Positions 1 to 36,449 of a stretch of DNA of 64,000 nt are shown piece by piece (within the stretch, counting starts at the first letter, position 1; every line of letters starts with the position of its first letter). The stretch covers positions 63,428,001 to 63,492,000 of the forward strand of contig NW_024704742.1 of assembly GCF_018977255.1 (NCBI RefSeq), read 5' to 3'. This DNA comes from Callorhinchus milii (lineage: Eukaryota). The notes beneath the pieces were generated by a model. It saw only the letters and a list, made by a program, of their open reading frames with translations, searched no databases and was not told the origin of the DNA. A program made the translations under genes and the position numbers.

Positions 1-3000
1 CCCACTATCTACTCTATCATGCCCTTTGATGATCTTATAGGTTTCTATAAGATCCCCTCTAATTCTTCTATATTCTAGAGAATATAGGCCCAAATTGCTC
101 AGCCTATCCTCGTAACTCATCCCCTTCATCCCTGGCACTAACCGAGTAAATCTACGCTGCACCCCCTCCAAGGCAAGTACATCCTTCCTTAAATGAGGAG
201 ACCAAAACTGGACACAGTATTCCAGGTGTGGTCTCACCAGGGCCCTATACAGTTGCAGCAAGACTTCCCTACTCTTATACTCTAATCCTTTCATAATGAA
301 TGCTAACATACCGTTCGCCTTCCTAATTGCTGCTGCACCTGCAGACTAACTTTCTGTGATTGGTGTACAAGGACACCCAAGTCCCTCTGGACGCTAACAC
401 ATTCCAATCTCTCCCCTTCTAAAAAATAACCCGCTCTACTGTTTTTGCTACCCAGGTGGATGACTTCACACTTCCCTACATTATACTTCATCTGCCACCT
501 ACCTGCCCAATCACCTAACCTATCTATGTCTCGCTGCATTTTTTTAATGTCGTCCTCTGTGTTGGCACTTCCTCCTAGTTTTGTGTCATCCGCGAATTTA
601 GATATATTAACTTTGATGTCCTCATCTAGATCGTTGATGTAGATGGTAAATAGCTGAGGCCCAAGGACTGATCCTTGTGGCACTCCACTAGTCACATCCC
701 GCCAATCCGAAAAGGACCCGTTTATCCCTACTCTTTGTTTCCTACCCGTTAACCATTCCCCAATCCACGTTAATATGCTCCCCCCAATTCCATAGGCCCT
801 TATCTTTTGGATTAACCTTTTATGCGGCACCTTATCGAATGCCTTCTGGAAGTCCAAATAGACCACATCCACTGATTCAACCTTATCTAATTTACTCGAA
901 ATATTCTCAAAAAACTCTGAGATTTGTCAAACATGACTTCCATGTAAAGCCATGTTGACCTAATTATATTGTGCTCCCCTAAATACCGCACTACCACATC
1001 CTTAATCAACGATTCTAAAGTTTTTCCTATCACTGATGTGAGATTAACTGGCCTATCGTTCCCCATCTTTTCCTTTCCACCTTTTTTAAATAGTGGTGTG
1101 ACATTTCCAATCTTCCAATCCATGGGGACTGTTCCAGAATCCAAGGAATTTTGGAAGATCAGACACAAGGTCTCCACTATCTCAAAAGCTACCTCTTTTA
1201 AAACCCTGAGATGCAAGCCATCTGGACCAGGGGATTTGTCACTTTTTAGTGCTAACAGTTTCCCTCGCATCAATTCTCTACTAATGAAAATTTCCCTAAG
1301 TTGCTCCCTGTCCTTATCCCCTTGGTGCATCTCTATTGTTGGCAGATTTCTAGGGTGAAGACAGATGCAAAGTACCCATTTACTGACTCTGTCATGTCCT
1401 TATCCCCGATTATAACTTCTTCTATCTCTGACCGAAGTGGACCTACATTTACCCTCACTGGCCTATTCCTCTTAATGTATTTGTAAAAACTTTTACAATC
1501 AGACTTAATGTTGCTAGCTAGCTTACCCTCATACTCCTTTTTCTCGCTCTTAATGATTTTTTTAGTTTTTTGCTGGTTTCTAAAACTCTCCCAAACTTCA
1601 GATTTGCTGCTTTTCTTGGCAGTTTTATAAACTTTTTCTTTTAATTTGATGCTTTTCCTAACTGCTCTAGTTAGCCACAGATGAATTGCTTTCCCTGTGG
1701 TACTCTTATTCCGCAAGGGAATATGCGACCGCTAAGAAATTTGCACTACATCCTTAAATATTTGCCACTATTGGTCTACATTTTTACATTTCTCCAGTCT
1801 ATTTTACCTAAATCTTTCCTCATACCTACAAAATTAGCCCAATTTAAATTCAGAATACTTGCCTCGGATTTAACTATATCCCTCTCTAACTTAATGCAGA
1901 ATTCAATCATATTGTGATCACTCTGACCTGGAGGAGTCTTAATACCTGCACTTTTGGTATTAAATAAACTTTGGTTTATTTTACCTATATATCCCCCCCT
2001 TTACTAGTTTAAATTCCTGTTTATCTTGCTGTTAATTCGTTTAGCTAGGACATTTGTCCCAGCACAATTTAAATGCAGCTCATTTCTCTGAAAGAGCTCT
2101 TTTCCTCCAATACTTGTGCCAATGGCCCATAAAAAGAAACCCCTGAGTTCCGCACCACTCTTTTAGCCATGCGTTCAAGTCCTTAATTTGTTTGTTCCTG
2201 TACCAATTGTCGTATGGTACAGGCAGTCGTCCTGATATTACCACCTTCGAGTCCTGTAGCTCAGTGGTTAGAGCACTCGCTTTGCAAGTGAGAGACCTGA
2301 GTTCAATTCCAGGCAGAGGGCGAAACCTTGGGCAAGTTTCCTTACTCCACACAGAGCCTAATAATAGTCCCTCCAAAACCAAAAACAATAATAAATTGGT
2401 CATTTTCAATCTACGACTGTTTGTGGGACATTGCTGTGCGCAATTGGCTGCCGCGTTCGCCCACAAATATACAGTCAATTCACTTTACAGTGTGTTCTGT
2501 GAAGCGCTTTGGGACGTCCTCCTGACGTGAAAAGCACTATATCAATTGCAAGGATTATTATTATTATTATTCGATAATCTTGACTTCAATTTGGACCCCA
2601 GCTCTTCGAATTCCCTTCTCAAGTCATCTTGGCCAACTCTACCGATGTCATTGGTACCTATGTGAAGTACCACCAACGGATCCTTGCCTTCGTATTTTAA
2701 ATTATCCTCTAGCCCTGCTGAGACATCCTTCACCCCGGCCCCAGGGAGGCAACAAAGCCTTCAGGTCTTCTGGTTGGAGTTGCAGATGATTGTGTCTGTC
2801 TGTCTAACAGTCTCATCCCCAATGACGACAACCATCCGCTCGTTTGCCCCAGTATTCGAGGTAGTTTTTCCTTCCACCTCACCGGCTTCCTTGTCAATAC
2901 AAGTTCCAAGGATCTCATACCTGTTGCTCAAGGTTAATGCTGGATTTACTACCACTCTTTCCGTTGTCCCCCTGACCTCCTGACTGTCCATTCACCTATC

Positions 3001-3075
3001 CTGACCATAACCAATGTTGACTGTATATTCCCTCAGGGGAGTGACTGGCTCCAGGATGTAGCTATCCAGGAAGCA
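1..3075 (-). mobile_element. CR1-clade LINE, decayed: ORF1 SGNH-esterase region plus ORF2 reverse transcriptase; most of the endonuclease deleted; interrupted by a SINE
   Basis: ORF2 motifs: [48 protein letters not shown]1 motifs: GDETVR, LPGA, VVLHIGTNDI, LNAWLKEWC, GFLFMGHW. Multiple frameshifts and stops. Confidence 0.93.
2249..2570 (+). mobile_element. Young tRNA-headed SINE (tRNA-Ala-like head, L2-type tail, (ATT)n) inserted in CR1 ORF1
   Basis: Head GAGTCCTGTAGCTCAGTGGTTAGAGC (A box)...GAGTTCAATTCC (B box); tail ...GCAAGGATTATTATT; flanked by a TTCGA target-site duplication (2246-2250 and 2570-2574). Confidence 0.92.
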
Positions 3076-3444
3076 CCACGGAAGGAGTTGTCCTTACGTG
3101 AGAGTGTGGACTTAATCAAAAATAGTGAGGGCAAAAGTCATAGACAGTTAGCTGTGATCTATGGCATTGGCAGAGCACAAGTTGGACGCATTCTTAAAAG
3201 GTAGGCTGGGTACATGACAGCTTTTGTTTTAAATGTGACAATGCCTTTATTTTAATGAGATTGCAAAGTATGGTTGTTGAATGTTCATCACCCTCCCCAT
3301 TACCAATGCCCACCCTTAACATTACATCAGTGACCTGAATAACCCAACCTGTTTCAGTAATCAGGTCACCTCACTAAGTAAATCATTTTTGCCCAGTCAC
3401 TTGAGTGACTGGATCAGTGAGATTCTGTTGTATATATCTTTGTC

Positions 3445-3960
3445 CTGGCTCAGTTGGTGGCATTCTCACCTCTGAGTCAGAAGGTTGTGGATTCAAGCGC
3501 CACATCAGGATTCTGAGCTCACAGACTGTTAAACCTAGACTGAAATTCCAATACAGCGCTATGGGTGCGCTGCATTATCGGAAATGCTATCCTTCAGATC
3601 AGACATTAAACGGAGACACTGTCTGCCTGTTCAGGTGGATGTTAAAGTGTGATGTGTTGCCATGGCACCATTCAAAAAGAGATCTTGGTTAACAAGACCC
3701 CCAAATAAAAATAATAAATTGGTCATTCATGTCTGTTTGCGGAACATCGATAGTACATGGGAATGTCCACGTGCAGGTGGTATGTATGGAATTCTCAGTC
3801 TGGTTTGGATATGCTGAAGCCTAGTGATGGGTTTCTGAAAGTATCAGACACTCAGCTGACTAAAAACAATTGTGGGTCTGGGACATTGCTGTGCGCAAAT
3901 TGGCTGCTAGGTTTCACCTAGAGTGACTACACTTCACTGTAATAGGACTTTTTAAAAAAA
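3445..3960 (+). mobile_element. Old SacSINE1-like Deu-domain SINE
   Basis: Head ...CTCTGAGTCAGAAGGTTGTGGATTCAAG; Deu-like core GTCTGCCTGTTCAGGTGGATGTTAAAG...CCATGGCACCATT; 3' part TTGCTGTGCGCAAATTGGCTGC. Family assigned from recalled consensus. Confidence 0.7.
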
Positions 3961-4302
3961 TTAATCATAATAAATTGGTCACTCAATCCACGATTGTTTG
4001 CTGGACACTGCTGTGCGCAATTGGCTGCCGTATTTCACCCACAAAATATACAGTCAATTCACTTTGAAGCGCTTTGAGACGTCTAGAAGACGTAATAAGG
4101 CGCTATATCAAATGCAATGAATATATTATATAAATCCTGTGAAGCTGTTTGAGATGTCGTCCAGACATGAAAGGCACCAAATCAATCATTATTATTGCTC
4201 TAACTGATGGAGGCGGTCATTGCCCGCAGTACTTGATGTGTTATTATTCATGTAAGACATTGTGTAATTTAACCTTGTATTTCTAATATTGATTTTGTTT
4301 AA

Positions 4303-28513
<24,211 letters not shown>

Positions 28514-29303
28514 AACTGCTTGTATGGAAGTTTTCACAAGTCCACATCCATCATGGCCGGGACACGATGGCCCAAATGCCCTCCTCCTGTGCTGAAAGTT
28601 TCTATTTCTGAAAAAATTTTTACTTCAGTATAACTGAAATCGTGCACAGCTGTTTATATTTTTCTTTGAGTGATGTGTCAAACCACAGGGGAGAAATTTC
28701 ACCTGGATCTAAGATTTACTTGCTTTTGGAACATGCAGAATTTTAACAATTTGTTGAATTCAATCACAACTTTGAAGCCTGTTTTCTGCAGTTGTTAAAA
28801 AGAAATTTACACAAAACTCTTAATTAATCCCTGCATTTGATTTAGCACCTTCTGTCACATTCCTGAAATATCTCAAAGCACTACACAGGATTCTGCTATA
28901 AAGTGTAGTGATTGTGTATTTTAGGTTTTAAAGTGAAGATGGCATATAAGAATCTGCAAAATTCTACACACCCCAAATGCCAAGAAAATAGAGTAAATAA
29001 TAATCCTTACAACAACTTGCATTTATATAGTCCCTCTCACTCAGGATAGTGTCCCAGACCGCTTGATGCATCCAGTAAGCTAGATACATAAATGTCAAAT
29101 TATGTTTGACCTTTATGTATGAAATACAGTGCTTTTTACATTGGAAGAATACCTCAAAGCGCTCACAAGATATACTGTAAAAGTGTAATGACTGTAGAAA
29201 TCTAGACCCAGGGGGTATTTCTCCCCCTGTAACTTTATCTGTTTCCTTCTAAGAAATGTGCCAACGATGCAATGATTTCCAAAAAAAAGGAAATTTATCT
29301 TGC

Positions 29304-29309
29304 AATAAA
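29304..29309 (+). promoter_or_regulatory. Candidate AADAT polyadenylation signal (AATAAA)
   Basis: This is the first AATAAA I found after the stop codon. A T-rich tract (cattttgttttaattttc, ~29343-29360) follows at a suitable distance. It implies a 3' UTR of about 0.8 kb. Confidence 0.45.
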
Positions 29310-29471
29310 TCTGCAGCAGAGATATCAAAGAAATCAAAACAACATTTTGTTTTAATTTTCTACAAAAATGTTTTTTAAGCGTCTCTAAAAACTTGCTTTA
29401 AAAATGTAACTCTTGGCATTGTGAAATATCTGTGAAATAATAGTAATAATCCTTGCATTTGATATTGCTGT

Positions 29472-29833
29472 GGAGTCCTGTAGCTCAGTAGTTAGAGCAC
29501 TTGCCTCACAAGCGAGAGACCTGGTTTGATTCCCAGCAGGACGAAATGTTGGGAAAGTTTCCTTACTCCATATGCCTCTGTTTACCTAGTAATTAAGTAG
29601 GAACCCAGTTATTAATTGATTGGTGGATCGCTTTTCCGCGGGTAATAATTCCTTCAAAAAAAAATTGGTCACTTCATTCCATGACTGTTTGTGGGACACT
29701 GCTGTGTGCAATTGACTGCTGTGTTTTGCCCAGAAAATATTCAGTTAATTCACTTAACAGTATATTTTCTGAAGCGCTTTGAGACGTCTCGAAGACATGA
29801 TAAGGTGCTATATTAAATGCAAGGATTATTATT
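29472..29833 (+). mobile_element. tRNA-headed SINE, long variant
   Basis: GGAGTCCTGTAGCTCAGTAGTTAGAGC head through AAGGATTATTATTAT tail. Confidence 0.88.
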
Positions 29834-30749
29834 ATAGCGCCTTATCACGTCGCTGAGACGTCTCAAAGCACTTCACAGAATATACTGTAAAGTGTAGTGA
29901 TCGAACATTTTATGGATAAAGTAAAATTGACCACTCACTCTTGTCCAAGTGACCATGGTTCACATGCAAGACTCTACAATAAGTGTTGATAGGTTGTTCA
30001 AATGCAGAGGGTGTCAATCACAAACTATCAGTAAGCTGCTGAAGAAGAAACAGGATCCCTCGCTGTTTTTTTCCCTTTCCTGACCCTTGGCCTATTACCC
30101 TCCCAATGCAGTTTTGACTGAAACCAGCCAACTCAGCACAGACCAGGATATATCTCTCAGAATTAAATTCTCAGATTTTTAACACTGATCTTGGGGGGAG
30201 TGGTCTAATCTAACCCCAGAGTTAAACCCTCTGGTTAAACCAGGCAAAAATTTAACTCGATTATGTTTGACAATTATGTTTGAAAATACCTTATGGGGCA
30301 CAAATTTAGAATGACATGTCTTTAGATTATTTCATTCATAATAAGTAATAAAAATATCAGTACTTCATTGTTTACCTCCAACACAGTGCATAACAACAAC
30401 TTGCATTTATACAGCATTCCTCAGGCAGGGTAGCACCTCAGAGCACTTAAAAGAAATAAACTGAAGGGAAGCATGCCCAAAGGTGAGTACATATGCTGTT
30501 ATAGCACCTTATCACCTTATCAGATGTCTCAAAATGCTTCACAGATTATACTGTACAGTGTATTTTGTGGGGGGAAGTGTTGGAGTGTGCTGCGTTGTTG
30601 GAGATGCCATCCTTCGGATGAAAATTTAAACCAAAGTGCCTATGCCTGTCCAAGTGGACATTAAGTATCCCATAGCACTATTTTCTTCTGGAGTTCCTCC
30701 CAAGTGTCCTGGCCAACAATCCCCCAGGTAAAATTGTTCATTCACTTGT

Positions 30750-31630
30750 GGAGTTCTGTAGCTCAGTGGTAAGAGTGCTCATCTTGCAAGCGAGAGACCT
30801 GGATTCTATTCCTGGCATGGAGAAATGTTGAGCAAGTTAATAATAATAATCATCCTTGCATTTGATATAGTGCTTTTCTCGTCTTCTAGACGTCTCAAAG
30901 CACTTCACAGAATATACTGTAAAGTGAATTGACTATTTGTGGGTGAAACGTGGCAGCCAATTGCGCACAGCAGTGTCCCACAAACAGTCGTGGATTGAAG
31001 TGACCAATTTATTATTGTGTTTTTTCTTGAGGGATTATTATCGGGCGTGTGGAGTAAGAAAACTTGCCCAAGGTTTCATCCTGCCGGGAATCGAACCCAG
31101 GTCTCTCGCTTGCGAGACGAGCGCTCTAACCACTAAGCTAGAGGACTCCTCAAATGGGGGAGGCTTTTTCTCCATAGTCTCCAATTGTGGTTTGCCACCG
31201 ATTTTGTTAGTTCCCACAGGACTCCCAACGAGTGAGTTTCCTTACTCCACACGCCTCTGTTTACCTAGTAGTAAGTAGGAACCCGGTTGTTAGTCGAGTG
31301 GCGGATCGCTTTTCCTGGGATAATAATCCTTCAAAAAAAATAATAATTCGGTCACTCAATCCACGACTGTTTGTGGAACACTGCTGTGCGCAATTGGTCC
31401 ACAAATATACTGTCAATTCACTTCACAGTACAACGCTTTACGTGAAAAGTGCTATATCAAATGCACGGATTATTATTATGGCTGTTTATGGGACATTGCT
31501 GTGCACAAATTGACACGTTTCACCCACAAAATACACAGTCACTCCACTTTACAATAAAATCCTGTGAATCGTGTTGAGACATCTCAACTACATGATAAGA
31601 AGCTATATCAATTACAAGGATTATTATTAT
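30750..31630. mobile_element. Cluster of nested SINEs: + head 30750-30838, - copy 30839-31149, + bodies 31233-31630
   Basis: Heads, bodies and ATT tails match the family at 2249-2570 and 29472-29833. Confidence 0.82.
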
Positions 31631-32056
31631 TTTAGTAATAGTGAAAGACGCATATTAAAAGGACAATGTGATCTGTTAAAAATAGAATATCTCAGGTTAC
31701 CAAAATTGCTCTGAATCAATTTTTCACTTGCTTTTGTGTGAGGTTTCTTTGAAGCAAATAGACTTAAAGTGAAACCAGTCATTATAGGTGGTTAGTAGAT
31801 GTGCAGATTTATTGACATTTGCTGGTGCAGCAATCGGAACTTTCACTTCACAATCAATAAAGTACAATTTATTTCCTGATGTTTCCAGGCTCATTGTCTT
31901 TGAAATCACCTCTGATTTGGTTAAGCAACATGATACAACTCTGATAAAGGCAAGCAGCAGTGTGGAAATAGCAGCAAGATTCCTTGCCTTACAAAGCTAC
32001 ACTACACAGAAGCTGATTGACAGTGAATGAGAATGATTATTTGATATGAATTATTA

Positions 32057-33040
32057 TCAAGTATCAGGAATATGCACATTGGCTGGTCCAATGTCCAGTA
32101 GGACATTTAATAGTCTTCTCTGAAGTAGTTGTGGTGATTGGGCATCAAGATTTCCTTTGGCAGTAACAACTGGGAGGAATGGGTCTGGTATCCCAGATCT
32201 TTCATCCTTGCCATGAATATTTTTGTCAATAAAATTCAGTGTATTCAATTTCTTTGGGGAGGGGTGGGGCAAAAAGCCTTGTGTCTTTAGGTGTAAGGGT
32301 TTAAGAACCTTGTCGGAAACACGGCCGTAGTTTGGAATGTTAAAATCTGGTGGGACAAGTATTGTCCGGGAAGAAAGGGTATCGGGTCCCAATCCTTCAC
32401 TAAAGATTGCTTTCAAGAACACAACTGCATTTTCTGATCAATAGATGAAGTGTTCCTTAGGTATCCTCAGCAGGGCACCTCTGATGGTTTGATGGATACA
32501 ATCGCAGCTTGTGGATCAGATGCTCTGTGCTGACTTTGTTGGTTTTAGCTGGGGCTGCATTTTTTTTATTTGGAGTGAGGTTAGGCCCTGCTTAAACTGA
32601 ATTGTGTTCCACAAGAAACGAGAGTTGTCCCCACAGGCATCCCCTCTGCCCCCTTCCCCCCAACCCAAAAAAATCTTTAGGCCCCAAATTGTCAAAGAAC
32701 AATTCGGACCTGGTACCTGTCTACGTGACCATCCAAGCAAGTCAGGCAACAGGATTACCTCTCCGGCAGAGTAAGCCCAGCCTGAGCCTAGTTGACCAGG
32801 TGCTCAAGTCAGCTCTGCTTTCCAGTATTTCCGCTTTCTCCATATGAGGGCAGATCAAACTCCTCAGATCAGAGGTACTGCAATACTGATCCTAACCAAC
32901 AGATGGCTGATAGCATAACAGTTGCCAGGAACTCAATTTTTCGCATTACGGCCCATTTATGGGTGAGATTCGGTCAAGCCGGTAAATCACAACCGAATCT
33001 CAATAGGAGAACTTTTTTGGCAGGTACCAACCAAAGGAGT
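32057..33040 (-). mobile_element. Probable decayed 5' part (UTR plus ORF1) of a Tx1-clade non-LTR retrotransposon, Keno-like
   Basis: Frameshifted translation ...HKLRLYP...CPAE / KEHFIY*SENAVVFLK...ILVPP...YGRVS... followed by a broken CYC....CP knuckle (~32140-32168). It resembles the recalled Tx1 ORF1 pattern ASRMNKAVVVFL...LSNVPP...YGKVVS...CCHC and lies directly 3' of a U2 fragment. Confidence 0.4.
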
Positions 33041-33078
33041 AACCGATAAGAACATATCCTACGCTTGATCTTAGCCAA
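33041..33078 (-). pseudogene. U2 snRNA 5' fragment (approximately nt 17-54, including the branch-point pairing region)
   Basis: Reverse complement TTGGCTAAGATCAAGCGTAGGATATGTTCTTATCGGTT versus vertebrate U2 TTGGCTAAGATCAAGTGTAGTATCTGTTCTTATCAGTT: 34/38 identical. The rest of U2 is absent. Confidence 0.85.
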
Positions 33079-36000
33079 CTGTCAATGCTCACCATCAAGA
33101 CTAACACATGAATTGCTGTACGCAATTTGGCTGCAGCATTTTGCCCAAAAATATATAATCAACTCATTTTACAATATATTCTGTGAAGCGCTTTGAGACA
33201 TCTCAATGATGTGATAAGACGGTATATCAAATGCAAGGATTACTATTATAATGAACAAATTGACTACTTGGGTGGGGGACTGGAGGACAACCTGCACATG
33301 GAACCTAAGAGGTTCCCAGCTGGTCGCAAGTTAAGATGTGTCCTTGAAACCAATCGAGACACTACCGTGTGAAAGGCGCTATATAAATACAGGTTGTTAT
33401 ATTTGTCGCTGTTACCATTAAATGAAGTCTTAAACTTAAGGACTCAAGGTTTTTCGGGACCCCGATTCTGTGCGGAATGTTATCCTTATAGATGCAATGT
33501 TTTCTGTACAAATTTCTTGCATGTGATGTTTGTGCTCTGTTCCAACTCAGCTTGCGGTACATCTGAAAGCCTTGGAGTAATGCAAAGAATCTGCAAACAG
33601 TCTCCTTCATATTAGAGGAATGCATAAATGCTGTCTTGTGTTGACATCATCTGTGGGGCACTTATTATGAGATTAATCTTGTGACCCACCTCCCTTCCTT
33701 GCCCTCCCCACTGCCACAATGGCCCCAGTGACATAGTCCAAGTGTCAAACATCATGGAAGTATGACTGGCAAACATCTTAAAGGGGAACTTTATACGAGG
33801 TATATAATATTTTAAATGGGATTGAGAAAGTAAAGCCAGAACAACACTTTGATATACAAATTTACAACGGGAGGACGACCCAAGGCCCTGGACAGGTGAA
33901 GGTTTACACCAGATACACCAGCCACAGAACCAGAGGGCAACGTTTCAGGGATTCATGGATATAATAATAATTTGGTCGCTCAATTTAGTCATGACTGTTT
34001 GTGGGACACTGCTGTGCACAATTGACTGCCGCGATTAGTCCGCAAGTATACAGTCAATTCACTTTACAGTATATTCTGTGAAGCGCTTTGAGATGTCTCA
34101 AAGACGTGAAAAGCGCAATATCAAATGCAAGGATTATTATTATATTACTATTGTAAATTGCACCAGGAGCAATTGCAGCACCTCGACTACACCGTCAGTT
34201 GATGTCAGCTCTGGATTATCTTGGATTTGAACCTGTGACCTTCTCGGCTGTATGGCCTTGTGCTGCATCAGGCAGTGCCATCTTTAAAGATTAGAATAAT
34301 ACATTTGTATTGTTGGGCACAGCTGGCAGCCTGATAAGATGGCACCACTAACCACATCCCATCGTTTTACAATCTGCTGTACCTAAAGATTGTGAGAAAC
34401 AGGAGCAACATAACTGTAGCATCAGTAGCCAGCTCCACGACTGCATTGGTTCAACCATTTGAGCAATGTCAAGCTGAATGTTCACACACAGCACTGATCG
34501 ACTGGGTCTTCTCCAGGGATTGATGTCCCAAGAATCAAGATGCCTTAAAACCATTGTGACTTAATTTGGAAGCAAGCTCTCTGCAATTCTTCATACACAA
34601 CAGAGTTGGTTAATTTTGCCCACAAAATATACCATGAATTCACTTTCCAGCATATTCTGTGAAGCACTTTGAGATGTCTCAATGGCATGATAACAACAAC
34701 AACTTGCATTTACATAGCAGCCCTCACACGGAGCAGCGTCCCAAGGAGCTGGATCAAATGCAAGGATTATTATGACTATTGAGAAGTTTGAACTTTTCTT
34801 GCTTTTCAGCAAAGAAAGGAATGGAATGATCGATTGAACCATAAATGACACAAAGTGAACAACAACTGTCAAACAGTGCTGACTCAGTAACTGAGGAAAT
34901 AAATCAACTCATGACTCAGGTTGTAAAACATCCCGGCTGCAATAAGTCAGCTGCTTGTTCTTCAGTGTTGATGTACCTAGATTTATACGACAAACAGAAG
35001 AAATTACAGCTGTCTAGATTTACTTGATTTATGTAACATTTCAGAGCATCTAGAATTTGGAAAACTCAACAACAACAGCTAAAACCCTTCACATAGGGTA
35101 ATATCTCGAAGCGCTGTACAAAGGAGTGGGATGGTGAGCAAGGGAGAGGTGGCAAATCTTGAAGCTGCTTTGTGTAAGTTTCTTTTAAGGCCTACAGAAA
35201 ATCCACGACATATGAAAAGATATAGACTACCATTAAATTATATCCAACTTAGATACAAAACTGGTGGAGTATCACAAACAATATGCAAATTACACTGAGA
35301 GACTGAACGGAAGGCTTTACACATAGCCAATGCTATTCCTGACTTTGACATGAATGGGTAAAGAGTTAAACATTTATAGGTCTCCAGCCTCTTGCAGGTC
35401 TCTGATGAGCTGCTGTACTGAGTTTTATACAACTTTCAAGTTTCTGTAAATCAAAATGAAAATATATTTTACAGGAAGTAATAATTTGGTAAAATGCAGT
35501 GAAAGGAAAACAGTATTTCCCTTCTTAATTTATGCTGTCATAGTTCCTTATTTATATTATTTGTAACTTCTCCAACTCGAGACCAATCCACCGTCATAGA
35601 TTTAAGATGAAAGCACCACTTAACTTTCACAGAGAAATGCAAATTAATTCTATTTTTGAAAGAATTTGATTAATGATTTCCCATTTCACTCACTTATTAT
35701 GTGAACTTCTGCTTAGATCAGAACACCAAGTAATCTGTTACATCAGAGATAAATATCTATAAAGTGACAAAAGGATCCAGAGAAATAATATAGAGGCGAT
35801 TAAGAAGATCTGAACCAATTAATGAGATGGATGAAGGGGTGCCAGATGGAATTTAATGCAGATACATATAACATGTGCCAAATGAATGGGTGTCCATTAG
35901 CAGAGGTGGAGAAATAAAGGAATTGTGCATGATTATTGATCATTCACCAAAGGTTTCCAGCCAATGTTAAACTGCTGTCAATAAAAACTAATGACCTACT

Positions 36001-36449
36001 AGATTACATTTTGAGGCATTTGACTATAAATTGAAAGACATTATTCTAATAGGATCATTTTGGAACTGGACTGGAATGACGTTGAACTCTTCTAGCCCTT
36101 TATGCCACAGAAGAAGGCCTTTCAGCCATCATGTCTGTGCCAGTTCTCTCAAAAGCAATCCTTTCAGTCCCATTTACCTGCCCTTTCCCCATACCCCAAA
36201 GCTGACTCTTTTTAAGATATCCTTCTAGTCCCTTGTTGTGCCTTGCGACGTCCTCCGGATGTGAAAGGCACTATACAAATGTAATTTTGTTTGTTGTTTG
36301 TTTGTTGAAGGATAATATGGATTCTGCTCCAACCACTGCTCCCAGCAGGGCATTCCATATCCTAACTATTCGATACATGAAAACAATTTCTCTTAATCTC
36401 CCTATTTGTTTGTTTACTAGCTATCTTTACTGGATGCAGCTCTAGTTAC

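Noticed and set aside
2249..2325. tRNA-Ala gene (also at 21870-21943, 29472, 41550-41624, 47207)
   Set aside because: The tRNA-like part runs directly into a SINE body and ATT tail with TSDs. These are SINE heads, not tRNA genes.
2080..2530. Recurring ORFs such as MTVYLWANAAANCAQQ... and ...NLRLFVGHCCAQL... suggesting a multicopy gene family
   Set aside because: They are chance translations of the same SINE at 2249, 7550, 21641, 41287 and 47206.
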